Source of the DNA: an uncultured virus (IMG/VR IMGVR_UViG_3300042881_004014)
Taxonomy: Duplodnaviria; Heunggongvirae; Uroviricota; Caudoviricetes
DNA: 64,000 nt
Direction: 5' to 3' (one strand)
Virus record (IMG/VR): IMGVR_UViG_3300042881_004014
The translations under genes were made by a program, and so were the position numbers. Shown here one piece after another: positions 9,562-19,798 of the stretch. The number at the start of each line of letters is the position of its first letter. Positions within the stretch are counted from its first letter, which is position 1. The notes under the pieces were generated by a model. The model ran no database searches. It had not been told where the DNA came from and saw nothing but the letters and a program-made list of their open reading frames with translations.

Positions 9562-10584
9562 TTATTTAATGTTTGCAAGTTCTTTGAATCTTGCAGCCAT
9601 TAGATTTGTGTTCTCAGAAATGATTTCTTTCTTAGGTGCAGTTGAACGAGTTGGCTTAGATGCTACGCTTTCAGCGATTGCTCTTTTAGCTTTTCTTTCA
9701 GTACCTGTAAAGTTCATTGATTCTGATAACGTTGCGAAAACTAATTTTACTTCTCTAACAGAAGTTGTTCTGTCAAGATTTTCTACAACTTTACCTTTTT
9801 GCTCGTTAGTTAAATTATAACCTCTAAACAATTTGTTAGCGTAAAGTAATTTTGCGTTCAATAAGTTTACTTCGTTGATTGTAGATTGTAATTTTTTGAT
9901 TACTGAATAAGCTTCTTCTAATTCTGCTTCTAATTCTGCAGAGTTATCAACAACTTCTTCTTCACCTTCAGTTACTTCCTCATCATCCCCGTAACCCATT
10001 TCTCTAAGGATTTCCTCTAAGTCGATTTCATCTTCTTCTTCAGATACAGGAGCTTCTTCTTCAGAACCCATTTCCATTTCTTCCTCTTCAGCTACAGGAG
10101 CTTCTTCGGGAGCAATTTCCATTTCTTCTTCTTCAGTTACTTCCTCTTCTTCAGAGTCCATACCCATTTCAAGTTCTCTGATGATTTCTTCTAAATCTAA
10201 CTCATCTTCACCCATCTCATCTTCTTCAGACATTGATGCGTCATCAGCGTTAGTCGGGTCATCATACCCTTCAGCTTCTTCCATTGCTTCTTCAGAGTCC
10301 ATTTCTGTTTCCTCTTCTTCAACAACATCAGTAGCTTCTTCTTCATTGCTTACCATAGCAGTTTGTTCTTCGTCATCACCCATGTCTAAATCCATTGAGT
10401 CCATCTCTTCTTCCATAGTTTCTTCCTCTTCACCTTCCATTTCAGCTTGTAGCTTTCTTGATAGGATAGATTGTAAACGTGGAGTAAAAGCTTCCTCTAA
10501 TGCGATTTTAGCGTTAGCGATAGCGGTTTCCCTTACAGCCTTGGCATCAGCAATTGCTTCTTTTAACAATTTTGAATTTGCCAT
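9562..10584 (-). CDS. Prohead core/scaffolding protein
   Basis: Extremely acidic central region with coiled-coil ends, directly upstream of the capsid gene; ends ARFKELANIK. Confidence 0.85.
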   Translation of the reverse strand: MANSKLLKEAIADAKAVRETAIANAKIALEEAFTPRLQSILSRKLQAEMEGEEEETMEEEMDSMDLDMGDDEEQTAMVSNEEEATDVVEEEETEMDSEEAMEEAEGYDDPTNADDASMSEEDEMGEDELDLEEIIRELEMGMDSEEEEVTEEEEMEIAPEEAPVAEEEEMEMGSEEEAPVSEEEDEIDLEEILREMGYGDDEEVTEGEEEVVDNSAELEAELEEAYSVIKKLQSTINEVNLLNAKLLYANKLFRGYNLTNEQKGKVVENLDRTTSVREVKLVFATLSESMNFTGTERKAKRAIAESVASKPTRSTAPKKEIISENTNLMAARFKELANIK

Positions 10585-10796
10585 TTCTTTTACCGTGTTT
10601 TTTAAAATTTTCTGAAGTTATTTGAGGAACCTCAATGTAGTTGGTTTTGAATTGGTTGTTCGGTAACTACACATATAGGTGAGTATTCATTAACCAATAA
10701 ACCCATAAGAATGGGTTATTAACAAAGATAAATATACATATTTTTTAGAAAACGATAAAAAATGTATAATTTTCTTTAGTTTTTTTTAAAATACAT

Positions 10797-10822
10797 AAAA
10801 AAAGATGGATAAACCACCTTTT
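10797..10822 (-). terminator. Probable Rho-independent terminator
   Basis: Minus strand AAGGTGG-TTTAT-CCATCTT followed by a T run, right after the 95-aa ORF. Confidence 0.6.
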
Positions 10823-10823
10823 A

Positions 10824-11111
10824 TTAATACGATTGCCCAGTATTTATATTAAATTCAGGTATACCATAATATGCAATACCTACACCAGATGATTGTGTAA
10901 TCTCAGTTATACTACCGAATACATCTACTCCAGCTGGTATTGTATTTAAACCAAATGAACCAGATATTTGTGAAGCATTAAATTTAAGGTCAGTTACTGT
11001 AGCTGTTACCGTCTTATAACGATATACATTACTAACTGTTAATTGCCTAGACCCACTTATAATTTGAGCCCCACCTAGCCCATACGCATGTTTGTTAGAA
11101 TCGATATACAT
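10824..11111 (-). CDS. Small beta-rich protein, possible head decoration protein
   Basis: 95 aa in head cluster; IPAGVDVFGSITEITQSSGVGIAY beta pattern; two ISGS motifs. Confidence 0.5.
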   Translation of the reverse strand: MYIDSNKHAYGLGGAQIISGSRQLTVSNVYRYKTVTATVTDLKFNASQISGSFGLNTIPAGVDVFGSITEITQSSGVGIAYYGIPEFNINTGQSY

Positions 11112-11134
11112 AATAAAATTGTTTTTTAATATAG

Positions 11135-12271
11135 TTATTTTTTTAATTTTAAACTTCTTTGTGCGTTGGTTAAACCATCAATGATTGATTGCAATCCCCC
11201 CTTAACACCATCAGTATCTTTATCTTTAACTCTCTTATCTAAAATCTTTGTATTCATTTTTAAAAAGTTAATGATTGCATTTTCAACTGCGCTCCATCTA
11301 ATTTCTTCTTCATTTACCGATTCATTCTTTTGGTGAAGTTTGATTGTAAGTCTTTGATTTGGATTACCATCGTGTCCAACCAATGCACTAACAAAATTCA
11401 TTTTACCTTGCAAGTTTGCTGATTTAATACTTTTGAAAAGTTTTACACCATCCAAATTATGTTTATCAATAAAGGCTTGAACCGCATCACCTCTTGTAGC
11501 AGTTAATGCTGCAATTCCCATTGCTTCTTTACCAGCACCTTCAGTTACTACTGATTCTCTTTTATCAAGCTCAAAGTATATTCTACTTTTAACTTTTTGG
11601 AATGTATCAGCTGCTAACTTAGCGTTACCAGTAAATCCCATCTCCAATCCAATTTCTTTTGAACGAATACCTTTTTTAGCCAATGCCATTATTTGAGCTG
11701 CTACTGGTTTAGAAACTACTTGAGTTGGTGTATCAACGTGAATGATATGTTTGAATGCCTCAGTTACTACTGATTCTAAATATACATATTTACCATCAAA
11801 TGATGCTGCTATTTTTTTTGAATTTAAAAAATCTGCTGCTTTTTTAGCATTGTTTGGTGAATCATAAACCATTGCACCATCATCTTCTACCATTTTAAAT
11901 CCCTTATGAATACTACCCATATGTTTAGCAACTTCAGGAGATAACGATTCTTTAATAATATTCTCCATTAATCCAATTGCAATATCTTTAACTTCTCTTT
12001 CTGCACCAGCTGCATATTTCTTATTTACAATTGCAATAGTGTTTCCAGATACTTTAATTCTATACATCGGTATCATTGAAGTTGAGAAATCATACTTTAC
12101 ACCAATTTTCTTTAATTCAGAACCAACGTTCATAAATGATGATGCGTTTTTAACTGCTGCTTCAATTTTATCTAAATCAGCATCGTATCTTCCTTCGTTT
12201 ACTGATTCTATTTCTGAAAGAACTGATTCTTTCATAGTTTCTCTTACTATTTTTCTTAATTGCTCTTTCAT
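11135..12271 (-). CDS. Modular putative internal head protein
   Basis: 378 aa; ~70-aa modules separated by ESVNE/ESL/ESVVTE/ESVVTE/ESVNE linkers; head cluster. Confidence 0.65.
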   Translation of the reverse strand: MKEQLRKIVRETMKESVLSEIESVNEGRYDADLDKIEAAVKNASSFMNVGSELKKIGVKYDFSTSMIPMYRIKVSGNTIAIVNKKYAAGAEREVKDIAIGLMENIIKESLSPEVAKHMGSIHKGFKMVEDDGAMVYDSPNNAKKAADFLNSKKIAASFDGKYVYLESVVTEAFKHIIHVDTPTQVVSKPVAAQIMALAKKGIRSKEIGLEMGFTGNAKLAADTFQKVKSRIYFELDKRESVVTEGAGKEAMGIAALTATRGDAVQAFIDKHNLDGVKLFKSIKSANLQGKMNFVSALVGHDGNPNQRLTIKLHQKNESVNEEEIRWSAVENAIINFLKMNTKILDKRVKDKDTDGVKGGLQSIIDGLTNAQRSLKLKK

Positions 12272-12273
12272 AA

Positions 12274-12822
12274 TTATTTTTTTCCTAAACGTTCTTTTAC
12301 AATTTCACCATCTAAATCAGAAATTTCATAGTATCTATTTAATATGTTACCCATATCTTCATAAAGTGAATGTAATCTCTCATCTAACTGTCTTGCTTCA
12401 GTTGCAACCTTTTCAAATGCTTTATCCATTTTATCTAACTCACTCATATTTCTTTTGATGGTTACTTTATCAAACCAATCATCAGCTTCAGAAAGTGTTA
12501 GGGTTTTAGCAGCTTCTACGATTCCACCCAAAGTTTCAGCTACCTCAACGATATCTGAATTTCTTTTCATTTGCTCTTGGAATGTTTTATAAGTTGAAAT
12601 AATTTCTAAGAAGTGTTTTTTAACTTCGTTTGATAATGGTCTATTATCTTCTAATGATTCAGCTATACTGAATTTACCATTAACTATTTTTACTTCATTG
12701 ATATTGGTTTTACGAATATCATTATATCCCTTAGATACGTTATTACCACCCTTTTGTTCTACTTTTAAAGTAAAGGTGTTATTTGTTACATAATCGTATA
12801 TGTCAAAGTTTTTCTTGCTCAT
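12274..12822 (-). CDS. Hypothetical head-cluster protein
   Basis: 182-aa helical ORF translationally coupled to the protease gene. Confidence 0.7.
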   Translation of the reverse strand: MSKKNFDIYDYVTNNTFTLKVEQKGGNNVSKGYNDIRKTNINEVKIVNGKFSIAESLEDNRPLSNEVKKHFLEIISTYKTFQEQMKRNSDIVEVAETLGGIVEAAKTLTLSEADDWFDKVTIKRNMSELDKMDKAFEKVATEARQLDERLHSLYEDMGNILNRYYEISDLDGEIVKERLGKK

Positions 12823-13409
12823 TATATTAATCCTGTTATGATTTCTCTCATTAAATCTTGTGCTTTACAAAATTCACCACAAACATCAGTACCAATAGAT
12901 TTAACTACCGATTCGTTCATAGGTGTCATAAATGCACCATGCGTAGATGGATTGGAAACAAAATCCCAACCGATTAATTCAAAGTCCTCTTGAACTTCTA
13001 CTTTATTTCCTTCTAATTGTCTAGTAGAACCCATACCTCTTGATGAGATACCTAATAGGATTCCAGCTCTTAACAATTCTTTTAATATGTTTCCAGATGG
13101 TGTTGGTAAGATTTCAACTGTACCACATAAATCATTACCTTCCCAATGAATTTCTCTCACATTATGAGATACGTTCTTCAAGTTGATTACAGACGAATCA
13201 GGGTGGTCTAATTCACCTAATGCTCGTCTTTCTTTGATAAGTGTTTCATATCTCTTTGCTTCTCTTTGTAAGATTGGCATTGGATATACTCTACCATTTT
13301 GGTTTTCCGCCCCAGCTCTTTGTAGGATTCCTTTAACGATAGTTCTACCAGAGGCATCTTCGTTAACTAATCCCTTAAACAAATTCGTTTCTATTATTAA
13401 GCTTTTCAT
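12822..13409 (-). CDS. gp21: Prohead protease (T4 gp21-like)
   Basis: NQNGRVYP, ALGELDHP, VSH, LGISSRGMGS, DFVSNPST. Confidence 0.95.
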   Translation of the reverse strand: MKSLIIETNLFKGLVNEDASGRTIVKGILQRAGAENQNGRVYPMPILQREAKRYETLIKERRALGELDHPDSSVINLKNVSHNVREIHWEGNDLCGTVEILPTPSGNILKELLRAGILLGISSRGMGSTRQLEGNKVEVQEDFELIGWDFVSNPSTHGAFMTPMNESVVKSIGTDVCGEFCKAQDLMREIITGLI

Positions 13410-13434
13410 ATCTGCTCCTCTTATTATTTATGGA

Positions 13435-14538
13435 TTAATTTATTGATTTGAATTTAGGATAGCCCCTACCCTCAACAAATTTAAAACCATTTTGTTTTTT
13501 CATACTACCTAAAAACAAATCTTTGTAGTATATTTCAACATACGCATATCCAGTTACTTTACAAATATGTTCAGCTGCTTTAATTGCGCTTTCCAATGTA
13601 GTAGCCAAAAAGTTTGTTTCTCTTTCGGTATTTCTTTGATTGGAATCCGTATAGAAATCAAACATAAATCTTTTTTTAACGTCTGCTGCTTCATTAAATG
13701 TATCAGTTTCAGAATTTACATTCTCTTCCAATCCAAATGGCTTTAACCAATTAATCCAATTTTTTGTAATCCAATTAGTTCTATTTTGTGGAGATACTGT
13801 CCAATACTTTTTATATATAGATTTAAATACCGGAATTAAACTACTATTTTTAAAACCTGCAATACCAGACCATCCTTGTCCACCTCTAACTGCTTGTAAA
13901 AAATCACTATCATCCTCATAATATTCCATTGAGTTGGATAATATATCTACCAATGCTAACATTGATTTATCATTACCAATTGCTTCGTTAACTGATTCTT
14001 TGATTACAACGATTCCGTTTTCATCACCTCTTTTAGCAGTTTTAATACCACCATCAATATCACCTAAACGATGTCTTACTTTTTTTGAACCCTTTGTATT
14101 ACCATTTTTATCAGATGGAACGAATGTTGCTGAAATACTATCCATATCTACAACTTTATAATACTTCCCACCATCTATTCCCTTTAATCGGGTGAATCCT
14201 TGTCCTAATATTACAGAACCGATTTTTAAATCAGTTGGATATGATGCTTCATCTACTTTTTTACCAGCTCTTAAATCTGCTAAATCATCACTACCGATAT
14301 CACCATCTTTATCAACATCTAATTTCTTTTGACCACCAACTAATTCTTCATTCTTTTCACCTCTACCATCCCATGTGGCATCGATTTTATCAAAAAATGC
14401 TTTCTTTTCCTCATCACTCATAGATGGGATAGATTTTCCAGCTTTTTCTAATGCGGCTTTGAAAAATGATTGATACTCCGATTCCTCATTAACGATTGTA
14501 CGAAGTGTTTCTTTTAGTTTTGCTCTAGTAATATTCAT
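13435..14538 (-). CDS. Modular putative internal head protein with EF-hand-like loop
   Basis: 367 aa; DVDKDGDIGSDD loop; linkers IVNEE, VDEAS, ESVNEA, FNEAA. Confidence 0.65.
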   Translation of the reverse strand: MNITRAKLKETLRTIVNEESEYQSFFKAALEKAGKSIPSMSDEEKKAFFDKIDATWDGRGEKNEELVGGQKKLDVDKDGDIGSDDLADLRAGKKVDEASYPTDLKIGSVILGQGFTRLKGIDGGKYYKVVDMDSISATFVPSDKNGNTKGSKKVRHRLGDIDGGIKTAKRGDENGIVVIKESVNEAIGNDKSMLALVDILSNSMEYYEDDSDFLQAVRGGQGWSGIAGFKNSSLIPVFKSIYKKYWTVSPQNRTNWITKNWINWLKPFGLEENVNSETDTFNEAADVKKRFMFDFYTDSNQRNTERETNFLATTLESAIKAAEHICKVTGYAYVEIYYKDLFLGSMKKQNGFKFVEGRGYPKFKSIN

Positions 14539-14553
14539 AGTATAGGTTTCCTA

Positions 14554-15003
14554 TTATAGTTTGCTAATTGATGTAGCAATATTGTTTAATCTCTCTCTTA
14601 TTCTGAATAAGTTTGATTTAGTTCTTTTCCAATATTGGTCAGAGTTTAAATCACCTTCATTTTTAATCTTACCATACCAACCAAGGAATGTTTCGATTTC
14701 AGAAAGTTGTCTATTAACATTAGAAATTCCTCTACCAATTTTTTGTTTTGGAGAGGATTCATCTTTTCTTAATTCATGCCAACGATTTTCATCAACTTTT
14801 TTATATCCAGTTGATTGATTTATTCTTTTTGTAATTGCATCATCTGGTTCAGCTTCTTCATCAGTACCATCCGTTGCTTTGAATGCATTGGGAGTATTGT
14901 ATCCAGCTACATCACCAGTTGTTGTTGCTTCACCTAACTCTAACTCCTCTTGCTGAATCTCTTCTAAAAGTTCATCAATTAGTTCTCTTAGTTTACTTGT
15001 CAT
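14554..15003 (-). CDS. Hypothetical head-cluster protein
   Basis: 149 aa; EATTTGDVAGYNTPNAF motif; overlaps the upstream gene end. Confidence 0.7.
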   Translation of the reverse strand: MTSKLRELIDELLEEIQQEELELGEATTTGDVAGYNTPNAFKATDGTDEEAEPDDAITKRINQSTGYKKVDENRWHELRKDESSPKQKIGRGISNVNRQLSEIETFLGWYGKIKNEGDLNSDQYWKRTKSNLFRIRERLNNIATSISKL

Positions 15004-15871
15004 TTAATCTACCCTTTAGTTCTTTAATTAATTCGTATGATATCATTAATGATGATACGTGATTATCAGAAACAGTCTTACCAATTTTAGTTTTATTTAA
15101 AACAGATACAGTCTCAGCTAATTTAATTTTAGTAACTTTGTCATTGATAGACTTATGTAATACTTTTAATTCTTTTACTATTGATGGAATTTCCTTCTCA
15201 ACGTATTCTTTAAATTTAGTAGTATTGGTAATATTATTAATAAACTGCTTTAATAATTCTTTTTGACTTTCATCTAAATTAGAATATTTTTTATTAAACG
15301 TTTCTACTAATATTTTGTAGGTAAGTAATCTTAAATCTTTATCTTGTTTTTTATAAGATTCTACTAATTTCTGAGCATCATCTGATTTTTCTACAATTAC
15401 TGTTTGATTCGATGTTATATTTTCAATTAAAGTAATTTTAGAATTAAAAATATCTTTAACATCATAATCTACCATATTCTTAGCTTCAAATACTTTATAT
15501 ATTGATGCTAATACTTTATAGTTAGTTATTGGAGATGATAAGAAATCATCCATATCGAATGATTCATTAATCTTCTTAATAAGATTATATTTTTCTCTTT
15601 GTAATTTACTTTGATTGATACGGGTATGCGCTTCATTGATTGTATCAATAAATTTTTCAGCTCTGGATTCTGACTTATATTTCTCCTTTAGTAAGAGTTC
15701 ATATAATCTATGTTCTTTATTCAATTCAGTTTTTGGTGAAAAGAATTCTCTAACAATATGCTTTGCTTTTTCAGTCGCATCTCCATTAAGCACTTCTAAT
15801 GTAATTTGCCTTACAAGAAGTTCAAATAGAATACCTGTGTTCTTAAATTTCGAATGTTTTACCTTCTTCAT
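14993..15871 (-). CDS. Hypothetical head-cluster protein
   Basis: 292 aa; KHSKFKNTGILFELLVRQIT start; directly downstream of portal with promoter motif at 15920-15928. Confidence 0.75.
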   Translation of the reverse strand: MKKVKHSKFKNTGILFELLVRQITLEVLNGDATEKAKHIVREFFSPKTELNKEHRLYELLLKEKYKSESRAEKFIDTINEAHTRINQSKLQREKYNLIKKINESFDMDDFLSSPITNYKVLASIYKVFEAKNMVDYDVKDIFNSKITLIENITSNQTVIVEKSDDAQKLVESYKKQDKDLRLLTYKILVETFNKKYSNLDESQKELLKQFINNITNTTKFKEYVEKEIPSIVKELKVLHKSINDKVTKIKLAETVSVLNKTKIGKTVSDNHVSSLMISYELIKELKGRLNDK

Positions 15872-15938
15872 TTATTTTTGTCCTATAATAATATATTCAT
15901 AAACGATGTAATCATTGTGTATAAATATAAGTTTTAAT

Positions 15939-17708
15939 TTATTTACTAATTTTTTCCTCGTCTAACAAATTTGAATCATCTAAAAAGTCAACTTTTTCTT
16001 TTATAATTTGTTTTTTTGATGATATTCCGTTAATGTATTCTTTTGCAATATTTGCATTAACTCTAACCGCTGAACTTTCTCTTTTCAGAGCTTTTTGGTT
16101 TTCTTTAGCTCCTAATGGGTCTCTACCATAAGGATGTTTATCTTTACCATAAGTATTACCCTCTCTTGGTCTACCACCTTCATCCTTTAATTCCGTTTTA
16201 AGTTTTTCCAAACTTTCTTCGATATCAGTTGGTTGTTGTGGCATTGCCGGGTCATTTCCTTCGTTTTCAATAGCGTTATATCTGAATCTATCTTTGAGGT
16301 CATTTATCATTCCAGCTTTTTGTTGGTCTACCTCATCTTTACTCATATTGAATATATTTTCATATGCCCAATCTTTAGAAATCATATTTAATGCATTGAT
16401 ATCAGAAACTAATCTTACTTTCTCACTCCAAAGGTTTACTTTCTCTTGCTCATAGATTGTAGATGGATTTACCAATGATAATTCAAAATCAACCATATCA
16501 GCATCTTCGATACCTTGAGATGCTAAATGTACAATTGCCAATTTAGTAAGTTCGGATACCAATGTTCTTTGGATTCTCTCAATCGTTCTTGCAAATCTTA
16601 CATCTTCTGCAGCAAGTGTTGCTTTACCATTTACATTCTCATCATACCCCAAATATGCTTTTGGAATTTTAAGAGCTGCAAACAATTTGTTTTTTAAGTA
16701 ATCAATATCTTCAATAGCTGTGTATTGTAATCCACCTAATGAATCAATTTGAGTACCACTATCACCACCCCTAACAGGTAAGAAGAAATCTTCAGTTAAG
16801 TTTTGGATATTATATTTTAAGTTATAATCACCACTATTCTTATCAACAAATGGAACTTTCTTCATTTTGTTGATAATCTTTTGCATGTAGTTATCCACTT
16901 CGTTTGGTGGAATATTACCAATATCAATTTTGAAAACTCTCTTATCCGGTGCTCTCATAATTCTATGAATTAACATAGCATCTTCCATAAGAGAAACTTG
17001 TTTCCAAATTCTTCTACCATTTTCAATCATTGCCTTACCATAAGGTAAGAAGTTGGTATCTGATAATAATCTAAAGTGTACTACTTCATAGTTCTCATAT
17101 TCACCTTTTCCAATAGGGTCATGATTAACTTTGAACTTAACATAGTTTGGATTATTTGGGTCAGTATTTTCCAATCTTTCAGTTTCATAAACTGGAAGTG
17201 GTTGTACATTAATAATACCATTACCTGGTTGTATTTCCACCGAAAGGAAAAAATCACCATACTTAACCATATTACGAGTCCATGCCCATAGGTTAAATTC
17301 AATATTTAAAATATCATAGAAAAGATTTTCTAATAATGCTTTTACTTTTTCGTTTTGAGTTTTGATTTGAATTACATCTCCAAATTCATTCTTTAATGTA
17401 GATTCATCTGAGTATATATCTAATGCCGATGATATAATCGGGTCATTATCCATAGCATCATAATCTCTAAATAATTCTCTACGAACTTGATGGTATGCCA
17501 TTGACTGTGCAGCCATTTGGTCACCAGCAAATCCTCTTTGTAATTTAGTGTACCTATCTCTAAGGTTCAATAAATTAGTACTTCCTTGCTGTCTGTCATC
17601 AACATCAACTACTTTTCTCTTCCCATCCTTGTCAATTTTGACTACGGCTTGAGTAGAAAAGAGTTTTGTTAATCTTTGAAAAAACGTACTTTGTTGTTGT
17701 TCTGCCAT
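15939..17708 (-). CDS. gp20: Portal protein (T4 gp20-like)
   Basis: YDAMD.DPIISSALDIY, MEDAMLIHRIMRAPDKRVFKIDIGNIPP, EDFFLPVRG, LKIPK; start moved to MAEQQ (17708) to avoid overlap with upstream gene. Confidence 0.95.
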   Translation of the reverse strand: MAEQQQSTFFQRLTKLFSTQAVVKIDKDGKRKVVDVDDRQQGSTNLLNLRDRYTKLQRGFAGDQMAAQSMAYHQVRRELFRDYDAMDNDPIISSALDIYSDESTLKNEFGDVIQIKTQNEKVKALLENLFYDILNIEFNLWAWTRNMVKYGDFFLSVEIQPGNGIINVQPLPVYETERLENTDPNNPNYVKFKVNHDPIGKGEYENYEVVHFRLLSDTNFLPYGKAMIENGRRIWKQVSLMEDAMLIHRIMRAPDKRVFKIDIGNIPPNEVDNYMQKIINKMKKVPFVDKNSGDYNLKYNIQNLTEDFFLPVRGGDSGTQIDSLGGLQYTAIEDIDYLKNKLFAALKIPKAYLGYDENVNGKATLAAEDVRFARTIERIQRTLVSELTKLAIVHLASQGIEDADMVDFELSLVNPSTIYEQEKVNLWSEKVRLVSDINALNMISKDWAYENIFNMSKDEVDQQKAGMINDLKDRFRYNAIENEGNDPAMPQQPTDIEESLEKLKTELKDEGGRPREGNTYGKDKHPYGRDPLGAKENQKALKRESSAVRVNANIAKEYINGISSKKQIIKEKVDFLDDSNLLDEEKISK

Positions 17709-17739
17709 TTTTGTTTTTGTTTTTATAACCTTTATTAAT

Positions 17740-18147
17740 TTACCAAGCTTTACAACTCCAATACCTTGCTCCTGTTTTTGGACCAGGTGTATCACAATTG
17801 TGTCTTGCTCTAAATGATGCTCTTCGTTCTGGGTCTGATTTTTTAATTCTCATAGTTTCTTCACCTGCTGATTTTGCTGATGTTCCGCCATGCCCAAAAT
17901 TTACTTTTACAACATTCCCTTTTGGATTGTTAACATATACTTTAAACTTCTTAACATCACCTCTCATCGGTTTATTGAGTTTTACCTCTCTTCCCTGATA
18001 TTCGGCTTCGTTAACTTCCCCCTTTATGGTTTTTAAGAATTCTATGAATTCTTTTAAATCATCGTAGTTTTCAACATAATATTCAGTAACATCTTCTTCG
18101 AAAATGCCTCTGATTTCATTGTAAAGTTCTAAAGTATAATTTTCCAT
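17740..18147 (-). CDS. Conserved phage protein with basic Cys/His C-terminal module
   Basis: 135 aa; EAEYQGREVKLNKP, VVKVNFG, RRASFRARHNC, RYWSCKAW. Confidence 0.75.
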   Translation of the reverse strand: MENYTLELYNEIRGIFEEDVTEYYVENYDDLKEFIEFLKTIKGEVNEAEYQGREVKLNKPMRGDVKKFKVYVNNPKGNVVKVNFGHGGTSAKSAGEETMRIKKSDPERRASFRARHNCDTPGPKTGARYWSCKAW

Positions 18148-18208
18148 ATATTTGACTAAATATTATCTAATACTATATAAATATCATTTTATATAACTTT
18201 ACATAATT

Positions 18209-19795
18209 TTATAACCATTTACTTAAATCTTCAATACTACCATCCCCAACGTTCATTTGCCAAGGATTACTATCCATATCGTTACCACCATAAACACCAC
18301 TATAAGTATATGATGATATACTGTTAATAGCTTGTTTTGTTAAATCAATACCCTCTTGTCTTAATCTAAGTGATGTATCTCTAACCCAAAGTGATATGGC
18401 TAATGCCATCGTAAGGTCATCATTATAACCACGCATTGCCTCAGCTCTACCATTGTTCCAAATGAATGTAAATAACTCATCTATGGTTCTTACTGAACGG
18501 ATTATGATTGATTTTTCTCTTACATACTCCTCCAACTTTGAAATAATCAAAGGTCGGGTTCTTGATGTGGTTGAGAATCCAGCTACCATACTTCTATCCT
18601 CCGAACGATATTTGTTTGATAATTGATTATCCACATCCACATATTTTAAATCTCGAGATGTATAATACAAATTAGTATATCCCCTATCCAATACTTGTTG
18701 AATAGCTGCCCAACCAATATTTGCGTTTTCAATTACCAATAGTGCGTTGTTATATTCGGTTGCTAATGATACTAAGAAATTTCCAAAATCCTTTGTATCC
18801 AACTTACCTCTATATTCTGCTACTTGCGCAGATGCTTCAACATCAATAACGTGTGCGGTAGAGTAATCCGAAGAATCTCCCCTCGAAACGTCAGCTGATA
18901 CTATGTAAGTTTTATTATAGTTAGGATATTCCCATCTCCAAAGGTTTCCATCAAATCCACCTTTTTCTACTGGGTCTTGCACAAATGTTTCTTTATAAAA
19001 TTGTAGGAGTTGTGGTTCGATTACACTATCTCCAGAAGATACGAAATCACAATCACACTCTTGAGCTGCTCCCTTTGTTCCTAATAGAACCTCTTGTTCA
19101 TCTCGCCAAGCTTGCTCTCTTTCAGGATGTACACTCCAATGGATTCTAATATTATTAAATGAGTTTGTTCCATCTTCAGAACCTACCCAAGTTTTGTGGA
19201 AAAAGTTTCCAACACCATTTGGTGTAGAAAGGATAATTGCGTTACCCCCAGTTGATAATGTAGATTGTGCAGATACCCATATATCTTCAATCTTATCGAT
19301 AAATGCCGCCTCATCAAATACTAATAAAGATAGTGCTTCAGAACGACCAGCATCACTAGCAGCAGATGTTGCTTTGATTTGAGAGCCGTTTGCATATCTA
19401 AGTGATAATTTGTTATCCTCCACCGTTGTTAGTTTTAACCAACTTGGTAGATATTGATTCATAACCCTTACCTTAGTTACTAAGTTTTTAGCAACCTCTT
19501 GCTTTGTTGCAATAACCAATACGTTAAAATCATCATTAAATAGCATTTTCCAAAGTGAGAAACCAGCAGTCAATGTTGAGATACCAGTTTGTCTTGATTT
19601 TAGAATAATATTATAACGATGGTCTTTAAACTGAGTTAGTGTATCTTCTTGAAACGGAAAAAGGTGAAAGGGTATTTTACCTTTCACCGGATGTTGAATC
19701 ATACAATATTTTCGCATGAAGTATATCGGGTCTTTTGCACACTTTTGATATTCTTCAGCAATAATTTGTTTTAATGATTTCTTTACTTCAGCCAT
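18209..19795 (-). CDS. gp17: Terminase large subunit (T4 gp17-like)
   Basis: Walker A KSRQTGIST, Walker B LLVFDEAAF, STPNG, nuclease SADVSRG and NDDLTMA. Confidence 0.96.
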   Translation of the reverse strand: MAEVKKSLKQIIAEEYQKCAKDPIYFMRKYCMIQHPVKGKIPFHLFPFQEDTLTQFKDHRYNIILKSRQTGISTLTAGFSLWKMLFNDDFNVLVIATKQEVAKNLVTKVRVMNQYLPSWLKLTTVEDNKLSLRYANGSQIKATSAASDAGRSEALSLLVFDEAAFIDKIEDIWVSAQSTLSTGGNAIILSTPNGVGNFFHKTWVGSEDGTNSFNNIRIHWSVHPEREQAWRDEQEVLLGTKGAAQECDCDFVSSGDSVIEPQLLQFYKETFVQDPVEKGGFDGNLWRWEYPNYNKTYIVSADVSRGDSSDYSTAHVIDVEASAQVAEYRGKLDTKDFGNFLVSLATEYNNALLVIENANIGWAAIQQVLDRGYTNLYYTSRDLKYVDVDNQLSNKYRSEDRSMVAGFSTTSRTRPLIISKLEEYVREKSIIIRSVRTIDELFTFIWNNGRAEAMRGYNDDLTMALAISLWVRDTSLRLRQEGIDLTKQAINSISSYTYSGVYGGNDMDSNPWQMNVGDGSIEDLSKWL

Positions 19796-19798
19796 AAA

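Noticed and set aside
9950..10440. Repetitive ttc/ctt-rich DNA as a repeat array or CRISPR
   Set aside because: It encodes the Glu-rich scaffold region; no constant repeat-spacer structure
17709..17795. N-terminal extension of the portal ORF
   Set aside because: Overlaps the upstream gene; MAEQQ at 17708 has a typical A-rich leader
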